Of a stretch of 64,000 bases of DNA, positions 55,441 to 64,000 are shown piece by piece. The stretch is from the human T2T-CHM13v2.0 reference genome, Homo sapiens, in NCBI RefSeq assembly GCF_009914755.1, contig NC_060941.1; one strand, 5' to 3'. How positions within the stretch are numbered: the first letter of the stretch is position 1; each line of letters opens with the position of its first letter. The notes under the pieces were generated by a model. It was given only the letters and a program-made list of their open reading frames with translations. It was not told where the DNA came from and did not search any database. A program made the translations under genes and the position numbers.

Positions 55441-57622
55441 CCAGAATAGACTCTTACTAGAGGACCCTGACTCTTGCTAACCTGTGCACCTGAAAGGGTG
55501 TGTGTAACCATTAAGCAAATAGAATCACATTTTCTACTGACCGACATTATCAGTTTAGAAATCCTTTGTATCCACTGACCTTCATTGGGGAGTCTGCTGA
55601 CATTGACATTGTCATTGTCTGGGCCCAATCTCAGATGCATAGAAATCTCCAGCCTGCCCTTGGGTGAAGCAGGAAAAGCCCCACTTTTAGGAGGAGTCTG
55701 CTCAGAGCTGGAACTCCCTCCCACAGAAGGAACTCAGCCCCTGACTTAATGGCATCGTGGACTCGAATCTCCTTCCTCCGTTTTTCCTGTGTCTCCTTTA
55801 TTTTTCCACAAATATGCTGAGACCGGGTCTGTGATGTTGAACATAGATGTGAATGGCCAAGTTTGATGGCCCCAAACCTGGCTTTTGGAGCCAGGTGTCT
55901 GGATGAGTACTGGCCTGCCATGAACTTGTCTTGTGCCTTGGGGCAAGAATTTAACCTCCTTGAGTTTCAGCTTCTCTGTGTGTAAACGAAGAAAAAATTA
56001 ATTACATGCATTGCAACACACACACCTGGCCCGTGTTGGCTTTTATCTTGTTTGATATATGAAGGAACAGGCTCTAAGGAAGTTAACTTACCCCGAGTCA
56101 TACAGCCAGTTTGTGGCAGAACTAATACCAAAGTCTCCAAGACTCTTTCTTCCTCCCAAACAACAAAATGAGAAGAACCCATTCCCTCTCCCTTCCTCCA
56201 CCCAGCTTGTCTCGACAGTTATTAAAGTGATCACTGGTTGAGTGTTTACATGCTAGACATAAATTCACCTAGTTTCATTTAATCCTCACACAGCTCTAGA
56301 AAGCAGAGACTACTATTATCCCTCTTTTACAGGGATCCTGAAGGATTGGCAAGTCTAACCTGCCCTGGTCACACATTTAGGAAGTTCTGGAAGTGAGTGT
56401 CAAACCCAATCTAATTCCAGAGCTCTGCTCTTAATTCCTACGTATTATCCCCACAGCAAGAGGATTTGGGGTCTGTTGTACCATAATTCTATTAAGTGAA
56501 GAGCATGGTTGGAAGAGAGGATCGATGATAATAATAAATTCCTGAGCCCATGCCATAGACATTGTATTACTTCTGGTCCTTTGGGGGTTTTGTGCATGCA
56601 GTGGCATAGAGTTCTGTTTTTCAATAGATATAAATTAACAAAATCTCAGAACACTTTTAACAAGTGACATTTCAGATTTTGTTTGTCTTGCCTCTTGTGT
56701 GCTGTGCCCATATTTTTGCTTAGCTGAGGTTTTCAGAAGTGAGAAGTGTTGGTGACATTGTCAGACAAAGGATTTGCAGCTGTTATAGACTCACCATCCA
56801 CCACATGGCACTCACAGGTAGCATTTATTCACAAACAGACCTCAAGGACTCCAAAATACTGAAGATTTCCCATGGTATCCAGAGATGATGAGGGAACAAG
56901 GGTCTGTGCCAGCTTGAGCAACAGGCACCCGTCAGTATGGCTTGTTACTGACACATTAATCTCCATGGCAACAGAAAGCTATCCTTTCCTTAATTTTAAC
57001 CATCCCAACAAATTTGAGAAATGCTAACTCCCTCCAATAAAGAGTTTGTGAACCTAACTGAAATTGTCCTTTTAAATGCCATTTATGATATATGGCAGGC
57101 AATGGGAAGTATTTTATAAATCACTTGTCTTCTTTAAGGATTTTAAGGAATATATGCCGGGGCTGACAGCCACAGCTCACACAAGCCTCAAACCAAGCTA
57201 CGCTGTGCTCCATAATGACTTTATTATGTAATTGGTATGAAGGTAAACACGGAAAGAAAAAGCTGGCTCAGGCTTTTTAGGTATTAATGAGACTTCAGTG
57301 TTTGGGGTACAACTAGGTCAATAGCATTCTGCTACTTCCATTTCTGGGCTAAACTAGATACTTTTCAAAGTCTCCATTCACAGCTTTAAGGTTTGTGCCT
57401 TCAAGACACACTTATTTTTTAGGGCTGTAGGCCAAATTGAAAGAAGCCAACCTGGCATCTTATAATGGTGACTGTAGGTTTGCATGTAGTAAACAGGGAG
57501 ATGTTTCACTATTTCTTCTCTGTCCTATCAGCTTTTCTCAGCCCTTGAGGCAATGTAAGTACCAGAAGACAGCAGAGGTTAGTCAATTTCTTTTCAAAGT
57601 CCAGCCAAAGATAAGCATCTTT

Positions 57623-58197
<575 letters not shown>

Positions 58198-58596
58198 TAA
58201 AACAAAAATAAGCCTCTACACTTCTTGACTTCTTCCTCCAATACTCTTTTGGAATTGCTTTTGGCAAAGTGTCATTGGGGGCTGCCTAATTGCCAAATCT
58301 ACAGGATGCTTTTCCTTTCTTAGCTGACTTTCTGGAGCCTTCGACCTGCTGACCCAGTGCCTTAAAAAGTGGCACCCGTGACAGCCATGCTGTCCTGGCT
58401 TCCTCCAGCCCCTGGGATGTCTCGCTCAACCTGAGAGTGTTGGTGCTTCTCAGGGCTCAGCCCCTCCATGGCTTCTACCACCACCTGTCTGCAGATGTCT
58501 CCCAGCCCTCTTGCTATAGCCAGACCTCTCTCCACCCACGGGCTCCTCATAATTAGCGAGAGAGCTTGCCTCCTTAGCTCTCCCACCCTCACCCTT

Positions 58597-58898
58597 ATTT
58601 TATTTTATTATTATTTTTTAAGACAAGAGTCTTGCTCTATTGCCCAGGCTGGAGTGCAGTGGCACTATCTCAGCTCACTGCAACCTCTACCTCCCAGCTT
58701 CAAGCGATTCTCTTGCCTCAGCCTCCTGAGTAGCTGAGATCAAGGCACCCGCCACCATGTCCGGCTAATTTTTGTATTTTTAGTAGAGATGGGGTTTCAC
58801 CATGTTAGCCAGGCTGGTCTCGAACTGATCTCAAGTGATCCATCCACTTCAGCCTCCCAAAGTGCTAGGATTACAGGTGTGAGCCACCATGCCCGGCC
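58597..58898 (-). mobile_element. Alu
   Basis: Reverse Alu consensus. Confidence 0.95.
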
Positions 58899-59536
58899 TT
58901 CACCCTCATTTTAGAAGCCCTCCTTCTCCTACATTCCCTCTCAGCATTCCACTCACCCTGCTACTCAAGCCAGAAACCTGGGAGCCACCCTAGATCCCTC
59001 CCTGTCCCTCGCCCTGTATAACAAATCAGTCTCCAAGCCACTTAGCCCCTAGACATTTCTGGACTCTGTCCCTTCTTCACTATTTCTATATTCATGTCTT
59101 AACTCAGTCTCTCTTATGTCTACCTGGATTGCTGGGCCTCCTACATTGCCTTCAGGCCTCCAGGTCCAATCTCTGCCCAGCCTCCAGCCCTCAGCCCCAT
59201 CTACACTTGCCTAAAAGCACCCTGCTCTTTCAAGCATCGGTTTCTTCCTTCCCATCTTCCTGGAATGTCCTTCCTACCTTTTTCCTCAGCTACTGAATTT
59301 CTGCTCATGTTCCATAGCAGGTGCTCACCAATTGGTAATGGCTGTTTCAGACAGGCTCATCGTCATCCTTCCTGTCTCAGTTTAGGCGGCTCCTCTTCCA
59401 GGAAGTTGTTCCTGATCCCCAAGGCTGTTCTCACAGCTATCATGGTTATTGTCGCTTCACCTCCCTCCCCACTACACCTGCTACATGATAGGTGCTCAAT
59501 AAATATGGGATATATTATTTTGAAATTTGTACTTTT

Positions 59537-60419
<883 letters not shown>

Positions 60420-60836
60420 TAATGGGAACCCACTACATCAGGCACTGTACATACCATAACTCATTTTATCTTCACAACATCCTGGCAAGAAGAATGTTCT
60501 TCATCTGATTTACAGACCAAGAAAAGGAAGATCAGATAAATAACTTCCCTGAAGCCTCACAGCCACTTTGTGCAGAGCAGGAATTTGAATCTCACCCTCT
60601 CCTTTCACTGCCCCACACTCTCTGCTGTTGCAGAGGTGGTATCCTGGCAAGACGCTGACTCAGCCTTTCTAGGAAATGGTGATTTGGAACTTGACAATGA
60701 TCTTTCAAAAACTTCAGTCTTAAATTAGGCAGTTACCTGCTGATCTGATACGTAGAAACCCCTGCCTAGAAAGGTGCCCTTGGGATGTATCTACACTTGC
60801 TAAGAGGAAGAAATTTCCCTGACATGCATTGGTCAA

Positions 60837-61322
60837 TTGGAAACCCCAAGAATCTCACTAGCCTCCTCTATCCCAGGGCCTGGGATGGCAAAGTGCTACA
60901 CCAGAAAAGGGCTATGTGGATCACAAGGACAGTGTAGGCCTCATGACTCTGAGATAACAGAACAGAGGCACAGAGAGGCTAAGCAACTTACCCTAGGTCA
61001 CACAGTAAGAGGAAGAGTGAGCCAGGATTTGAACCCTCGTGTATCTGACATAAAGGCCAGCATCCCATCTATAAAATGGGGCTAGTAATCATACCAGCCT
61101 CTTCAGGTTTTTGTAAAGATTTGATGAGAAAATATACGAGAAGTCACTTTATGAACTGTGGATCACAGCTGAGTGTGACACGTCATCACTATTGTCGCCC
61201 ATCAGTCAATTATCTGGGATAGCCTGAGGTTGTGTCATACCTACATAAGCCACAGAAAAATAGACTCATGAAAGAATCAGGGCTGGGCATGAATGAACGA
61301 GAAACTACATTTAAATGGAGCC
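60837..61322 (+). repeat. Local duplication, copy 1 (at least this far)
   Basis: Near-identical to 63515-64000 at offset 2678. Confidence 0.97.
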
Positions 61323-62197
61323 CAGACTGCACGGGAACCAAAGTGGGGTTCTAATACCATTGGGTTGATTACCTATGGCAGAAACAGCCCAAGCAAATAT
61401 GTGACCAAATGCTAACATCACACCTAAATGTCTAAGCTGTTCTGTAATTTTGAACATTAATCTGTTTTCAGGGGATGATCCAGGGAAAAGAATGAATCAA
61501 GCCATTGCTGTGGTATTTGGACCAGTGGCCACTTGCCATTGACTTGGTGAGAACGAGGATGCAGATTTACTTTTCATGCTCTTAGGAGTATAAGTCTAGG
61601 ATCTGGGTCCACTCTGAGGAATCTTTCCTCTCCACTCCCACTGGCTATTAGGAATCTTAGGAACCAATAAGCTAGAAACTTGACTGTTTATACTTTCCTC
61701 ATTTGTTTCAGTGGATTAAGGTACCTAATTGTTCCATAACACCCTACGGTTTCTAACTGGCTTTCATTTAACATTGACACCGTTAATGCCACCACGCAAG
61801 AATGAACTGTTTACTTGCCTGAGAAATTGCATGTGGGATTTAAAACTTTTTCTAAGATTCATTTTTTCAACTGATGATCTCTCCGGAGTATTTTCTGGTG
61901 GTGTTTGAGACAGTGACTGATGTTGGCATTTTCCCAGGGTGTGGAAGCCCCCAAGTTTAAAGCCCAGCTGACTCCGTGTGCCAGATCTTCACACAAGAAG
62001 GACCAGTGATATAAGGGGTTCTCCAATTATAAAATTAACAACTGGGAGGGATAAAAAAATCGCACCACTAACTTTGGAGAATTAGCTGAGAAAAATTTTA
62101 CGTAGAGGAAAAAAGACTTGGAAAATTGTCTTCTGAATTAAACATATTAGTCTTCTTCAGGTAGCAGCAAATAGAACAATTGATTGTGACCGAGTGC

Positions 62198-62525
<328 letters not shown>

Positions 62526-63514
62526 TCCAAGTACCTTTCTTATGGACCAAGTTCATTTCCAATATTTTAGCAGTGGCGTTAGGTAGACTGTATATGATGA
62601 TTCTCCTAAATAAGGTTATTCTCTTTCTGTTAAATATGGTTTTCATTGATTTATGGATGTATCTGGAACTATTATTTTGGCAGGTTTTACAAGGCCTCAG
62701 AATCGGTTCGGATGCAGGAACTGTGTTTGACGTTTATGTCGAAGTTCTCATCAAAGCCTGGAAAATGTGGAGCCTCTTTTGCAAGAGTGGAGATTGTTGC
62801 CTTTAAGCCAGATCTTAAACACTGTTAGCTCATTGTGAAAAACACAAGTGCCAGTGATTAACAAAGAATGTTTACTTAATTTACTTCAGATCTGGTCTCA
62901 GTTAAAGGTTAGCTCATCCTTATCAGGTGGTCACAGAAACTAGATCCCAGTAGCAGAGTGACCTTTGGAAGCTAGAATTGTAGTCAATGGACTTAAAGTG
63001 AGATCGTGGGAGCCAGTTCTTCACTTAATTAAGCAGAGTTGAAAGACTTTCTTCTTTCCAGCTCCCTATTTTCCTTCCTTGGGCTATTTTCTGTAAGTCA
63101 GACTTGGTTTGCCTCAATACTACATATGCCCTGTAAAAATAAATTAACTACAAGAGACTGTTGACTGTATGGCCACCAGCCCTGCCCTGGTGTGTGTCCT
63201 TTGCAACACTAGTGTCTGAGGTGGAGCCCTCCATTCCTCGTGTTTTTCATCCACTCCCCCTTTCCTTCCTCTCCCCCGCCAGTAGAGGACTGTTTGCGCA
63301 AGAGACCAATGGATTAGCCAGCAGGTCTAAGCAGCTGCAAGGATAGGTCTCTCTTTTGCCCGGGGGAGAGAGATACCAGCTTGACTCGTGATCAGGTACT
63401 TTATTCCTTATGATAGGGAGCTCAGAATCCAGCATCAGTGTTCCTATTAATTTCTTGTTAGTTTTGTAGCTTTGGGTATCTGCACTTGTCAACAGTAGGC
63501 TGTAAGAATATTTA

Positions 63515-64000
63515 TTGGAAACCACAAAAATCTCACTAGCCTCCTCTATCCCGGAGCCTGGGATGGCAAAGTGCTACACCAGAAAAGGGCTATGTGGATC
63601 ACAAGGACAGTGTAGGCCTCATGACTCTGAGATAACAGAACAGAGGCACAGAGAGGCTAAGCAACTTACCCTAGGTCACACAGTAAGAGGAAGAGTGAGC
63701 CAGGATTTGAACCTTGGTGTGTCTGACATAAAGGCCAGCATCCCATCTATAAAATGGAGCTAGTAATCATACCAGCCTCTTCAGGTTTTTGTAAAGATTT
63801 GATGAGAAAATATACAAGAAGTCACTTTATGAACTGTGGATCACAGCCAAGTGTGACAGGTCATCACTATTGTTGCCCATCAGTCAATTATCTGGGATGG
63901 CCTGAGGTTGTGTCATACCTACATAAGCCACAGAAAAATTGACTCATGAAAGAATCAGGGCTGGGCATGAATGAATGAGAAACTACGTTTAAATGGAGCC
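63515..64000 (+). repeat. Local duplication, copy 2 (runs off the window)
   Basis: Near-identical to 60837-61322. Confidence 0.97.

Overview
Primate (almost certainly human, 17p13) genomic DNA with two complete + strand protein-coding genes. XAF1 is interferon-induced, has 7 coding exons (22713-39812) that splice to 301 aa, and carries ISRE elements just upstream of the ATG. FBXO39 has a CpG-island non-coding first exon near 42.9 kb and 3 coding exons (46511-54073) that splice to 442 aa. The window also holds the 5' half of a minus-strand HERV-H provirus with its LTR7, a solo LTR2-family LTR, a full-length RPL23A processed pseudogene, a MER4-group LTR, many L1/L2/Alu copies and a ~2.7 kb-offset local duplication running off the right edge. 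I see no evidence of a new gene family or enzyme system. The most interesting unexplained structure is RNA-regulatory: (1) a 48-bp minisatellite in XAF1 intron 2 whose units carry splice acceptor/donor motifs, (2) a CFTR-like (TG)14T3AG acceptor on the in-frame 57-nt exon 3, (3) an L1 insertion that makes up most of the XAF1 3'UTR, and (4) tight XAF1-FBXO39 coupling with an overlapping uORF. Several unusual retrotransposition signatures are also visible. Repeat subfamily names come from my recall of consensus sequences and are approximate.
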